Shown here piece by piece: positions 26,262 to 35,533 of a DNA stretch of 64,000 nt (position 1 is its first letter; every line of letters starts with the position of its first letter). The stretch lies in IMG/VR virus record IMGVR_UViG_3300005537_000001, positions 186,001 to 250,000 of that record. One strand, 5' to 3'. The notes under the pieces are model-generated. The model saw nothing but the letters and a program-made list of their open reading frames with translations. It did not search any database and had not been told where the DNA came from. The position numbers were made by a program, and so were the translations under genes.

Positions 26262-27962
26262 ATGAAAGTTATGTTTCGCAATAAGCAAGTCGGTGCAATC
26301 ACAAAACTCGGTATTGGAGTTTTGGCGGTTCTAGCTGGCGCTGTAGTCTTCGGTGGACTCTACGGTGTACAGCGGATTCACAAGAGCAACCTCGCAAACG
26401 GTTCGGCGTATGTGGCAAAGGGCACACCGACGAACAATGGCAGCGACGGCGCGACACCAGCGCAATCCGCTCCAACCGCGGCCCCAGTCGATTCGAATAC
26501 CTTGACGGTATCGATCGTGTCATTCCACGGTTACGCTCCAGCTATCCTCGCCAACGGTGGGTCGTTGAAGACTCAGCCCGGCTCGATCTACGCTAAGCTT
26601 GGTCTCAACCTGAACTTGGTCGTTCAAGACGATATTCCGACGCTGCAGACCGTCTTCACTTCGAAGACCGCGCAGTGCGCCTGGCGCACTTCTGACTTCT
26701 GGGCGCAGGAACAACCCAACCTTCGCAACGCGAAGCTTGACGCGCGAGCGGTGATGATCGTAGACAATACGCAAGGCGGTGACGCCATCGTCGCGCGCGA
26801 TCCCTCGGTGCGAACCGTCGAAGATCTTGCTGGCAAGAAAGTAGCTCTGCTGCAGTTCACGCCGTCGCATGGTCTTTTGATCGACGCGATCAACAACAGC
26901 TCCCTGTCTGCCAAGAAGAAGTCATCCATCCAGATGGTCTTCATCAACGCCGATGAGGGAACGGCTGGTGTTCGAGCCGCCTTCGAAAGTGGAAAGGTCG
27001 ACGCGATCGTGCTGTGGGATCCGGATCTCTCCTTGGCGATGCGTCAGCCCGGTTCTCACGTCGTGTACTCCACCAAGCAAGCCACCAACCTCATCTACGA
27101 CGTGATGGTTTGCAACAAGGAAGTTATCGACAGCCAGCAGGGTCATACCGCGGTGCAGAAGTTCGTGCAGGGCTGGTTGGCCGGAGTAGATTATGCCCGC
27201 GTTCACCAAGATGAAGCTGTATCGGCACTAGCCAGCTCCGAGCAGATGTTCGGCGCGATTCGAGATAAAGAAGGTCCCTCCTTCATCAAGGGTCTCTTCA
27301 CTAACCTCGTGTGGACGAACCTTTCGGATAACGCTCGCATCCTCGGTTTGATCGCCGGCGGCACGAACCACTACGAGCGCGTGTATCATGAGTTCGACCA
27401 GATCTACCGTGAGGCCGGCGCTCTTGCTAATCCTAATTCACCGGTGATCAACGCGTCTGATTCCTTCGACTACAGCTTCGTGAAGACCCTGCTCGCCCGC
27501 GACGCGTCAGCTCAACAAGCGGCCACCGTCGAGAAGACAAGCTTCACCACCAGCGGTGCGACCGTCGCTCAGTCTTCAGTAGCGTCCCTAACGAAGCCGG
27601 TCTCGGTCAACTTTGGAACGGGTTCAGCTGAGCTCACCAAGAAGGGACAGGAAGTTATCGACAAGCAAATCGTCCCCTTCCTCGAGGACAATGGCACGGC
27701 ATACATTGAGCTCAGCGGCAACGCGGACTCGACTGGTAGCGACGCGGTCAACCGCCCGCTCTCCCTGGCACGCGCCAACGCGGCGAAGAAGTACCTTGTT
27801 GAGCAGTGGGAAATCCCAGCCGCTCGCTTGGTCGTAGCTGGCAACGGTTCAAGCAAGCCCATCTGCCGCGAGCCGGGTACTGAAGATGGTTTGAGCCTCG
27901 AAGATTGCCGCGCCGCAAACCGCGCAACTCGCGTAGCGATTCTGCAGTCAGCATCGAAGTAA
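26262..27962 (+). CDS. ABC substrate-binding protein (NitT/TauT/SsuA-like) fused to an OmpA-like peptidoglycan-binding domain
   Basis: N-terminal TM anchor; DLAGKKVA, GKVDAIVLWDP; C-terminal SGNADSTG..N..LS.ARA...G.G...P..NRATRV. Confidence 0.85.
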   Translation: MKVMFRNKQVGAITKLGIGVLAVLAGAVVFGGLYGVQRIHKSNLANGSAYVAKGTPTNNGSDGATPAQSAPTAAPVDSNTLTVSIVSFHGYAPAILANGGSLKTQPGSIYAKLGLNLNLVVQDDIPTLQTVFTSKTAQCAWRTSDFWAQEQPNLRNAKLDARAVMIVDNTQGGDAIVARDPSVRTVEDLAGKKVALLQFTPSHGLLIDAINNSSLSAKKKSSIQMVFINADEGTAGVRAAFESGKVDAIVLWDPDLSLAMRQPGSHVVYSTKQATNLIYDVMVCNKEVIDSQQGHTAVQKFVQGWLAGVDYARVHQDEAVSALASSEQMFGAIRDKEGPSFIKGLFTNLVWTNLSDNARILGLIAGGTNHYERVYHEFDQIYREAGALANPNSPVINASDSFDYSFVKTLLARDASAQQAATVEKTSFTTSGATVAQSSVASLTKPVSVNFGTGSAELTKKGQEVIDKQIVPFLEDNGTAYIELSGNADSTGSDAVNRPLSLARANAAKKYLVEQWEIPAARLVVAGNGSSKPICREPGTEDGLSLEDCRAANRATRVAILQSASK

Positions 27963-27976
27963 GCTGTAACGAATGC

Positions 27977-28003
27977 GGGAGAGTAGGACTGTCCTACTCT
28001 CCC
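27977..28003 (+). promoter_or_regulatory. intercistronic stem-loop, probable mRNA stabiliser or attenuator
   Basis: GGGAGAGTAGGAC-T-GTCCTACTCTCCC inverted repeat with no U-tract. Confidence 0.7.
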
Positions 28004-28027
28004 AGCTTCTAACCTGGAGATTTCAGC

Positions 28028-28828
28028 ATGAGCAGCAACTTTTTCAACCCCCACGCCCCACTAACCGGTCTTCAGCGGGAAGAATATGGAATCGGAGCTA
28101 TCTTCGCCCTCATCACGGTGTGGGCAGGTATCACGATGTTGGATTTGGTTGACGCAAACAAGCTTCCATCTCCAATTCAAGTTTTCAACGCTTTCCTGTA
28201 TCTCTCATGGGATCATGGACACAGCATTCTTCTTGGGGCTATGGGCGCAAGCCTTACGCGCATCGGTATCGCGGCTCTCCTCGTATGCGCCGTTGGTATC
28301 CCATTTGGAATAATCCTTGGAGCTTCACCGCGGCTTAATTCAATCTTCTCGCCGATTATCGATCCTTTCCGCTCAGCTCCAATCGCCGCTCTGCTGCCGA
28401 TATTCGTGATGTGGTATGGAATTGGTGATGGCATGAAGATCGCATTCCTCTTCACCGCTGCAGTCGTTTACATCATACCGATGGTTAGAGACGCGATGCT
28501 TGGAGTAGCTTACTGCTACTGGGAAGCGACGGCGGATCTCAGCGCAACGCCCATCGAAAACATCCTGAAGGGAGTGCTGCCGATAGCGATGCCCAGAATT
28601 TTTGACGCGATCATCGTGTCAACGTCAATCCTCTGGACGTACATAACCGTCGCAGAATATGTCAACGCCGACAGTGGTCTAGGACAGATGATTCAAAACG
28701 CGAAGCGCTTCAGCGCGATGGATCAAGTCTTTGCTGGCATCATCGTGATTATCGGATTAGCGCTGCTGACAAACTTGACGCTAACGTACGTCAAGAAGCG
28801 CATTTACTTTTGGGAAGGAACGCAGTGA
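28028..28828 (+). CDS. ABC transporter permease (SsuC/TauC-like)
   Basis: LPSP, SLTRI, PIAALLPIFVMWYGIG, EAA-like loop, VAEY...SGLG. Confidence 0.9.
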   Translation: MSSNFFNPHAPLTGLQREEYGIGAIFALITVWAGITMLDLVDANKLPSPIQVFNAFLYLSWDHGHSILLGAMGASLTRIGIAALLVCAVGIPFGIILGASPRLNSIFSPIIDPFRSAPIAALLPIFVMWYGIGDGMKIAFLFTAAVVYIIPMVRDAMLGVAYCYWEATADLSATPIENILKGVLPIAMPRIFDAIIVSTSILWTYITVAEYVNADSGLGQMIQNAKRFSAMDQVFAGIIVIIGLALLTNLTLTYVKKRIYFWEGTQ

Positions 28829-29373
28829 CAAAGATCATCAACCTCTACGGTGGTCCAGGGACTGGAAAGTCAACAACCGCCGCGGCTCTCTTCGCGGAGC
28901 TCAAGTATCGAGGAGTCAACTGCGAATATGTTCAGGAGTACGCGAAGGACAAGGCTTGGGAGTTCGGCACGAATCATCTCGGTACCCCCAAGGTGTTTCA
29001 AGCTCAGGAATACATCTTTGGAAAGCAGCACTTTAGACTGCGAAGGTGCGCTGAAGATGTCGATGTGATCGTGACGGACTGCCCGTTGTTCCTAGGTTTG
29101 ATTTACATGCCGAAGAACTTTGGTATTCCTTCTCTGAAGAATTGTATTCGCGAGGCTTACGATTTGTACGACAACTTGAATATCTTTTTGGTACGTCATA
29201 AGGAGTACAATCCCAAGGGTCGATTTCAGTCGGAAGAGCAAGCGAAAGACCTCGATGTAAAGGTCAAACAGATGTTGACAAATCAAGCTGTTCCTTTCCA
29301 CGTCGTTGATTCTGATAGAACTGCTGTTGGTGCGATCATTGCGAAGGCTAACGAATGGGGGTGGAAACTATGA
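28825..29373 (+). CDS. NadR/AAA_28-like P-loop kinase
   Basis: INLYGGPGTGKST, EYAKD, VIVTDCP; GTGA overlap. Confidence 0.75.
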   Translation: MTKIINLYGGPGTGKSTTAAALFAELKYRGVNCEYVQEYAKDKAWEFGTNHLGTPKVFQAQEYIFGKQHFRLRRCAEDVDVIVTDCPLFLGLIYMPKNFGIPSLKNCIREAYDLYDNLNIFLVRHKEYNPKGRFQSEEQAKDLDVKVKQMLTNQAVPFHVVDSDRTAVGAIIAKANEWGWKL

Positions 29374-30146
29374 GCGCTACTATTCTCGAATTGAGCGGTG
29401 TTGTCCAGGAATACCCGGATCCACAAAATCATGGTCAAGTAAACCGCATTTTGGATCCACTTACATTGACTTTAGCTGGTCCATCGATCAACGTCATCAT
29501 GGGACGTAGCGGATGCGGAAAGTCGACCGTGCTACGAATGCTAGGCGGTGTTCGACCACCAAAGGTGAAGACGCCAACGCTCGGCACGATCAAGCTTGAT
29601 GGTGTTGAGCTCCACGGCAAGTCCCAAGATGCAGTTACCGTTTTTCAGCAGCCAGTTAACCGTCCAGATCTGACGGTAAAGAAGAACATTGAGTTCCCAT
29701 TCAAGGTTGGCCCGCGGCGCGGCGCGGCTAAGGCTGAAATCGCCCAGCGAGTTGAAGAGGCGATGATAGCCGTCAGCTTGAAGGACAAGGAGTCCCACTA
29801 TCCCAGCGAGCTGAGCGGTGGACAGAACCAGCGCGTCATGCTTGCCCGTGGGTTGGTGACCAAGCCGAAGATTCTTCTGCTTGATGAGCCGTTCAGCGCG
29901 CTCGATCCCATCCTTCGCGTCGACATGCAGAAGCTTCTCGTTGACATCTGGGCGAAGCATCCTTGCTTGGTAGTGATGGTGACCCACGACGTGGGTGAGG
30001 CTATCGCGGTTGCCGACCGCATCATCGTGCTGAACGGCAAACCAGCAAAGATTGCCCTCGATCATTCGGCTGCAGGTGCTCGCGCGCAGGCACTTCGTCC
30101 AGAAGATGCTATTCTCCACAATCAAATTTCACAGGCGCTAAAATGA
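29370..30146 (+). CDS. ABC transporter ATP-binding protein (SsuB/TauB-like)
   Basis: GRSGCGKST, VFQ, LSGGQNQR, LLLDEPFSALD, VTHD. Confidence 0.95.
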   Translation: MSATILELSGVVQEYPDPQNHGQVNRILDPLTLTLAGPSINVIMGRSGCGKSTVLRMLGGVRPPKVKTPTLGTIKLDGVELHGKSQDAVTVFQQPVNRPDLTVKKNIEFPFKVGPRRGAAKAEIAQRVEEAMIAVSLKDKESHYPSELSGGQNQRVMLARGLVTKPKILLLDEPFSALDPILRVDMQKLLVDIWAKHPCLVVMVTHDVGEAIAVADRIIVLNGKPAKIALDHSAAGARAQALRPEDAILHNQISQALK

Positions 30147-31096
30147 GCATCACCATCGGCGGAAATAACAACGGAATCGTGATTAGCTCCAACGCGATTT
30201 TTCCCACCACGTTGGTTGTAAATTCAGAAGATTTTCACTTCGATGAACAGAAGTTGAAATCGACCATCACGATGGATCACTTTGATCAACGCATCAGGAA
30301 AATCTTGACGGCTCTTTGCGACCGCTACAAAGCCGGCGACGTAGAGCCTCTTATCGATTTTCTCGGCGACTACGTTTCGTGGAACGGAGTATTCGCAAAT
30401 GGCGTCGTTAGATTGACTTCACTTATCGGGGCGGCCCGTGAAATTTTCATTGATCCCAGCCAGCGCATCAAGGCGGCGGCCGATCGATCAAACTTCATTG
30501 CGTCATTCATATTTGAAGCTGCTCGTGATGAGTACTCTCACGTTCCTTCTGGTAAGCGGGCTTGCCATCGCTCACTCGCGCAGGCGCTGCTGGTACGCAT
30601 TTCAGAGCTACACCCAAGCTTGGACTATGATCGCCTGTTTGGAGATTGTGAGCTGGTTATAGCTGCAAATAGAGCAACCCTGACTGGATATAGCGGTGGT
30701 TGGGGTGACACCCGCGAGGAGCTAGCTGAGAATTTGTTCTTCGGTATGGGTTACCACGCCGGCTCTGAGATTCTCGCGGACATTGAATTTACGCTCATCG
30801 ACAACGCGCTGCGCGATGAAGTGCCCACTCTTTCAAATGAGCTCTTGAAGCATACAGCTCAGGTAGGTGTAGGCGCTCTTGACGTTGATACCTACCACTG
30901 GATTAGAGTGCACAGCGGCAACGGAGTTGCAGTAGAACAGCACCATGCTCAGATGGCGTTAAGCGCCATAAACTACGGACTCAATTTCGTGACTGTCAAC
31001 AAGCAAATTTGCAGGCGCGCCGTTGAAGCTGGGTTCAGAGCCTTCTCAGAAGCTCAACACGAATTTTTCAACAAGCACGCCCCACACGGAGTCTGA
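30143..31096 (+). CDS. heme-oxygenase-like diiron oxidase/oxygenase (HDO)
   Basis: Ligand pattern AARDEY...HR, HAGSE, HSG...EQHH. Confidence 0.7.
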   Translation: MSITIGGNNNGIVISSNAIFPTTLVVNSEDFHFDEQKLKSTITMDHFDQRIRKILTALCDRYKAGDVEPLIDFLGDYVSWNGVFANGVVRLTSLIGAAREIFIDPSQRIKAAADRSNFIASFIFEAARDEYSHVPSGKRACHRSLAQALLVRISELHPSLDYDRLFGDCELVIAANRATLTGYSGGWGDTREELAENLFFGMGYHAGSEILADIEFTLIDNALRDEVPTLSNELLKHTAQVGVGALDVDTYHWIRVHSGNGVAVEQHHAQMALSAINYGLNFVTVNKQICRRAVEAGFRAFSEAQHEFFNKHAPHGV

Positions 31097-31097
31097 T

Positions 31098-31367
31098 ATG
31101 ATTTCATTTACCCTCGTTGCCATTATTTGCGGATCATACTGTGGTGATAACGGTATGACAACCGTTCGCGTTGACCGTATCCCAACCCTTGCATCTTGTC
31201 AGATCATCGCTGATTATTACAAGAAGCAATATGACATGCCAGGCAGTCATCAATCGGCTATCTGCATTCCCGTTAATGAAATTCCCGCAAACGTAAGGAT
31301 CTCAAATGAAGACAATTCTATCACTAGCAGCTCTTCTCCTAGCAAGCTCCATCGCCACCGCCGGTGA
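31098..31367 (+). CDS. small Cys-containing putative secreted protein
   Basis: Hydrophobic N-terminus and 4 Cys; start moved to ATG 31098. Confidence 0.5.
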   Translation: MISFTLVAIICGSYCGDNGMTTVRVDRIPTLASCQIIADYYKKQYDMPGSHQSAICIPVNEIPANVRISNEDNSITSSSSPSKLHRHRR

Positions 31368-31740
31368 TCTGGAGCTCAGCCTCGGCATCGGTCTTTCAAA
31401 CGCCAACGTAACGTCGGCAACGTGGGCAAAGCCAGGCTGCTGCTACACCCTTGACTACCAGTGGACTAAGCCGAACAGCAGCGCCAGCCTTGGTATTTTT
31501 GGTGGTAAGCTTGGAGAGGGCATCTACTTTCTAGGTCCTAACTACGGATATGTTCTTGGCCCCGTAGCCCTCGGAATTGCGGTTGGAGCCGATCTAGATC
31601 ACGGCACGTACAAGCTGGCGACGGCTCCAGTTATCGAGTACTCGATAAAGCAGTTCTCAATCGATCTTGCCTACCTTGAAAGCCCAATCCGCGCGAGCAA
31701 CGGTTTGATCTTGGCTGTTGGATATCATTTCACGCTATAG
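31306..31740 (+). CDS. signal-peptide protein, possible small outer-membrane beta-barrel
   Basis: Sec signal ending IATA; alternating beta pattern; C-terminal LAVGYHFTL. Confidence 0.55.
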   Translation: MKTILSLAALLLASSIATAGDLELSLGIGLSNANVTSATWAKPGCCYTLDYQWTKPNSSASLGIFGGKLGEGIYFLGPNYGYVLGPVALGIAVGADLDHGTYKLATAPVIEYSIKQFSIDLAYLESPIRASNGLILAVGYHFTL

Positions 31741-31749
31741 GGGGTAACA

Positions 31750-31971
31750 ATGAGCGACTTAACGGAAGAAAGAGTGAGGGAAATCGTACGGGACGAAGCA
31801 TATCGTTCTGAAATGGTGTATTATATTTCAGCATATCCTGAAGCGGTTATCGAGATGGTGCGTAAGCACACAAGTACTGACGATGTTGAAAAGGCGTACA
31901 TTGAATCACTAGCCAAATCGGCTCAAAATGTAATAGATAAGAGACCCAAAAAACGTTGGTGGAAATTATAA
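31750..31971 (+). CDS. hypothetical protein
   Basis: GGGG RBS. Confidence 0.6.
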   Translation: MSDLTEERVREIVRDEAYRSEMVYYISAYPEAVIEMVRKHTSTDDVEKAYIESLAKSAQNVIDKRPKKRWWKL

Positions 31972-32927
31972 TGCAAATCATTCTAGACCCGACCCTGAAG
32001 AAGATTGAACCACCTCGCCGCACGACAGATCGCGAGGCGCTCGCGAAGGTAATTCACCGGCGCCTTGGTGAAAACCACAAGTTCATCGGCAGCTATCTCC
32101 GCGTAGACACCGACAAGCAGCTTGGATTTGTCGGCATGCTCAGCTCAGCTTATTCTCTCCATGAGAAGGTTGAGATAGCTCCACACGATATCTGGTACCT
32201 CGTGCTCAGCGAGATCGCAACGATCATCAAGAGCCAAGAACAAGCGTGCCGGCCGCTGTTTACGAGAGCCGAGACCGGTAAGATTGATATTAAAATCCCA
32301 GTGTCCGACATCACCGAGATCAACCTTCACGCGGTAGTCGTCGCGCTGAAAGAGCTTGTTCCAGTGGATGTAAACGTTTTCGTCCCTCGCCTCAGCAACA
32401 TCACACCTGAAGCCCAGGTGGCACTCTACGCGGCGCTCGCCGACGGGGTGCAGGGATATTACTCCTACTCAACATTCATGTGCGGTATCCCAGAGATTAG
32501 GCTTACTGGAACTCCAGAAGATTGGAATACTCTGTACGAGAGCGCTCGTCAAATCTCAAGCATGTTCGCTTCGGTGAACTTCAAGTCGGCTGTATCCTAC
32601 ATGGATGAGGTTTCGAAGATTATTGAGAGCATCACTGAAACCATCGCCATCGACAACCGAGATTTCTGGAAGGATATCTTCCGCCAGAAAAACATTGGTA
32701 GCGGTGGTGAGCTGGAAATCAACGGTTGGATAACCAAGCTTTACTACAAGGTTAAGCAGCCGCGTAAGCTGGAAAACTTTACCGTTAACAACACGATCGT
32801 CCCATACAAAAATCTGAGCACCGGTAGAAACTTCAAGGGAGTATATGGGGCGTTTGAGCGAATTAGGACGGAAGATGATTTTCTCCGAACAATATATTCT
32901 CACTTCATCTTCGAGGTAATGGAGTAG
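31971..32927 (+). CDS. DUF4419-like protein
   Basis: HEKVEIAPHDIW...YYSY.TFMCGIPEIRLTGTPEDW. Confidence 0.65.
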   Translation: MQIILDPTLKKIEPPRRTTDREALAKVIHRRLGENHKFIGSYLRVDTDKQLGFVGMLSSAYSLHEKVEIAPHDIWYLVLSEIATIIKSQEQACRPLFTRAETGKIDIKIPVSDITEINLHAVVVALKELVPVDVNVFVPRLSNITPEAQVALYAALADGVQGYYSYSTFMCGIPEIRLTGTPEDWNTLYESARQISSMFASVNFKSAVSYMDEVSKIIESITETIAIDNRDFWKDIFRQKNIGSGGELEINGWITKLYYKVKQPRKLENFTVNNTIVPYKNLSTGRNFKGVYGAFERIRTEDDFLRTIYSHFIFEVME

Positions 32928-33054
32928 ATGTTCCTCCTTATCGCTAAGATCTACGTTGTGATTTGGGTGTTGGCATTAGCTCTCGAGCTGGGAAGTAATG
33001 ACCCAGTGGAGCCCTGGAGCTAGGTTAGATACGACCATTTAACAATAATTCAGG

Positions 33055-33083
33055 TGTACATCTGAACGGACCTGTGATACAAT
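33055..33083 (+). promoter_or_regulatory. early promoter
   Basis: TGTACA-N17-TACAAT; ATTTAACAATAA box upstream. Confidence 0.8.
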
Positions 33084-33113
33084 AGTCTTACCATACGAAA
33101 ACGAGAGAGGACA

Positions 33114-35168
33114 ATGGTAAAGACTATCGAGCAGAAGTTCAAAAAGCTTACAGAAGTAGAACATGTCTTAAAGCGTCCAGGTCGTTACATCGGTGCGATC
33201 ACACCCCATACCGAAGAAACCTTCGTATATGCGGAGCCGACGTTGGGTGAAGGCGATGAGGATGAGGTATTGAAATCACCTGACGATGAGCTAGATGATG
33301 GGGATGGGGATGCTGAAGAATTCATCGAAAAGCGGATGATTAAAAAGTCCGTCACCTACAACCCTGGTTTCATCAAGCTTTTCGACGAGATCATCTCCAA
33401 CTCGGTAGATTTCTCCAAGACCCCGGAGGGCAAGCATCTCGATATCGTTCGAGTCGAGGTTGATCAAGAGAAAGGAGAGATCAGCGTTTACGACAACGGT
33501 GGAATACCGGTCGTGAAGCACAAGGAATACAACCAGTGGGTTCCTGAGATGATCTTCGAGCTTCGAGCTGGCAGCAACTTTGACGATGAAGATCAAGCGA
33601 TGCTCACCGGCCAAAATGGAGAGGGCGCCGCCCTAACCAACATCTTCTCAACTAAATTCGTCGTTGAAACGTGCGACGCCGTTAAGAAGTTCAAGATGAT
33701 CTTTGAGGAAAATTCTCAGGATCGCCGCAACCCCAAGATTCAAGATGCGGAGGGAAGCAAGGGCTACACCCGCATTACCTACTACCCCGACTTTGAGAAG
33801 CTGGGCTGTAAATTTACTGACGACAACATGGCGATGCTGCTCAAGCGCGTAGTTGACGTAGCTGGAGTCAACTCCCACCTCAAGGTCTACTGGAATGGTG
33901 ATCGTATTCCCACCCGCTCCTTCAAGGACTACGTTGAGCTCTACGTTGAGCAGCAGGAAAATGGAGCTCCCGGCGAATTTGCCTACGACGAGACTGAGAA
34001 TTGGAAGGTAGCTGTTTCCGCCTCAACTGACGGCTTCCAGCAAGTATCCTTCGTGAATGGTACCCACACGAAGGTCGGCGGCACCCACATCCTCTACGCG
34101 GGCATGCAGATTTGGGAGCACATTCGCGAGCACATCAAGAAGAAGCACAAGGTTGACATCAAGCCTTCCGAGCTTCGACAGCACATGACGCTCTACATCG
34201 ACTGCAACATCGTTAACCCACGCTACAACTCTCAAACGAAAGAAGAGCTGATGACCGAGGTCAAGGACTACAAGACCTCGTGGGAAGTTCCTGATAAGAT
34301 GATCAACAAGATCGTCAAGTCGTCGATCATTCAGTCGATTCTTGATTGGGCAGAAGCAAAGCAGAAGATGGAGGAGCTACGAGATCTGCGCAAGCTCAAC
34401 AAGGACGTTGTTGGTGCCAACCCATCACGAGTTGAAAAATTCTGCGACGCTCTTGAGAAGCACCAGCGTCACAAGTGCATTCTCTTCCTAGCGGAAGGAG
34501 ACTCAGCAGCCAAGTCGCTCTTCGCAGCATCGGATCATCAATTTATCGGTACCTTCCCTCTCAAGGGCAAGCCGCTTAACGTGCGTGAGAAGGAAATCGC
34601 GCGAGTGCTTGGACTCGACAAGAAGAAGGAGGGCAAGACAGAACCCAACGAGATCCAAAAGATTCTCACCATCATTGGACTGCAGATCGGACATGAGGTG
34701 AAGTCGCTCAACGAGCTTCGCTTCGGTAAGGTTGCCTTCGCCACCGACGCCGACGTTGACGGAGCCCACATCGCTGGGCTGCTCATGAATCTCTTCGATC
34801 ACTTCTGGCCCGAGCTCTTCAAGCTTGGATTCATCCACATCCTCCGCACCCCAGTCGTGAAGGTGTTCGTCAAGAATCAGATCCACATCGAATTCTTCAC
34901 CGAGCGTGAGTTCAAGGAGTGGGTCAACAAGGACGGTCAAAAGCTGAAGGGCTGGACACACCGTTACTTCAAAGGATTGGGTACCTCGAAGACACCGGAT
35001 TTCATTCCATACATGACTAACCTCAATAAGTATCTTTTTCAGGTAGCCATGGAGGACACTCCAGACAAGCAGGCAATTGATCTCGCCTTCAATGGAGAAC
35101 GAGCGGACGACCGCAAGGTATGGCTTGAGACTCCGGCAGATAATTTCGAAGATTTCATCATAGCGTGA
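33114..35168 (+). CDS. 39: type IIA DNA topoisomerase ATPase/TOPRIM subunit (T4 gp39+gp60 fused type)
   Basis: EHVLKRPGRYIG, DEIISNSVD, DNGGIP, GQNGEGA, AEGDSA, PLKGK, TDADVDG, YFKGLGT. Confidence 0.95.
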   Translation: MVKTIEQKFKKLTEVEHVLKRPGRYIGAITPHTEETFVYAEPTLGEGDEDEVLKSPDDELDDGDGDAEEFIEKRMIKKSVTYNPGFIKLFDEIISNSVDFSKTPEGKHLDIVRVEVDQEKGEISVYDNGGIPVVKHKEYNQWVPEMIFELRAGSNFDDEDQAMLTGQNGEGAALTNIFSTKFVVETCDAVKKFKMIFEENSQDRRNPKIQDAEGSKGYTRITYYPDFEKLGCKFTDDNMAMLLKRVVDVAGVNSHLKVYWNGDRIPTRSFKDYVELYVEQQENGAPGEFAYDETENWKVAVSASTDGFQQVSFVNGTHTKVGGTHILYAGMQIWEHIREHIKKKHKVDIKPSELRQHMTLYIDCNIVNPRYNSQTKEELMTEVKDYKTSWEVPDKMINKIVKSSIIQSILDWAEAKQKMEELRDLRKLNKDVVGANPSRVEKFCDALEKHQRHKCILFLAEGDSAAKSLFAASDHQFIGTFPLKGKPLNVREKEIARVLGLDKKKEGKTEPNEIQKILTIIGLQIGHEVKSLNELRFGKVAFATDADVDGAHIAGLLMNLFDHFWPELFKLGFIHILRTPVVKVFVKNQIHIEFFTEREFKEWVNKDGQKLKGWTHRYFKGLGTSKTPDFIPYMTNLNKYLFQVAMEDTPDKQAIDLAFNGERADDRKVWLETPADNFEDFIIA

Positions 35169-35176
35169 GGAATATT

Positions 35177-35494
35177 ATGAGCGATTTTGTAGAAGCAACT
35201 GATGAAAATTTTGATGGAGAACTTTCAACGAGTGAGCCAATTGTTCTCAAGTTCAGCTCCCTCGGATGCGGACCGTGCCAAGGTCTTGCGATGCTCCTCT
35301 CGGACATCGTGCCAGCTTATTCTGGGAAGGTAAAATTTATCAACGTCGACGTTGATAAGACGAACATCGTCCAGAAATACGGTATTCGTGGAATACCGAC
35401 GATGCTCTTCATCAAGAACGGCACCGTCGTCGACACCTTGGTAGGTGGACAGCCCAAGAGTCGAATAGAGTCAGCTCTGAACTCGCTTATCTGA
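35177..35494 (+). CDS. trxA: thioredoxin
   Basis: CGPC active site; GIRGIPT; GAGG RBS. Confidence 0.9.
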   Translation: MSDFVEATDENFDGELSTSEPIVLKFSSLGCGPCQGLAMLLSDIVPAYSGKVKFINVDVDKTNIVQKYGIRGIPTMLFIKNGTVVDTLVGGQPKSRIESALNSLI

Positions 35495-35499
35495 AAAGT

Positions 35500-35528
35500 T
35501 TTACTTAACGCTGGCAACAGGATATAAT
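35500..35528 (+). promoter_or_regulatory. early promoter
   Basis: TTTACT-N17-TATAAT. Confidence 0.75.
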
Positions 35529-35533
35529 GACTT

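Noticed and set aside
26262-30146. Host chromosomal contamination explaining the ABC operon
   Set aside because: The operon uses the same phage early-promoter motif, codon style and tight gene coupling as its flanks, with no junction features.
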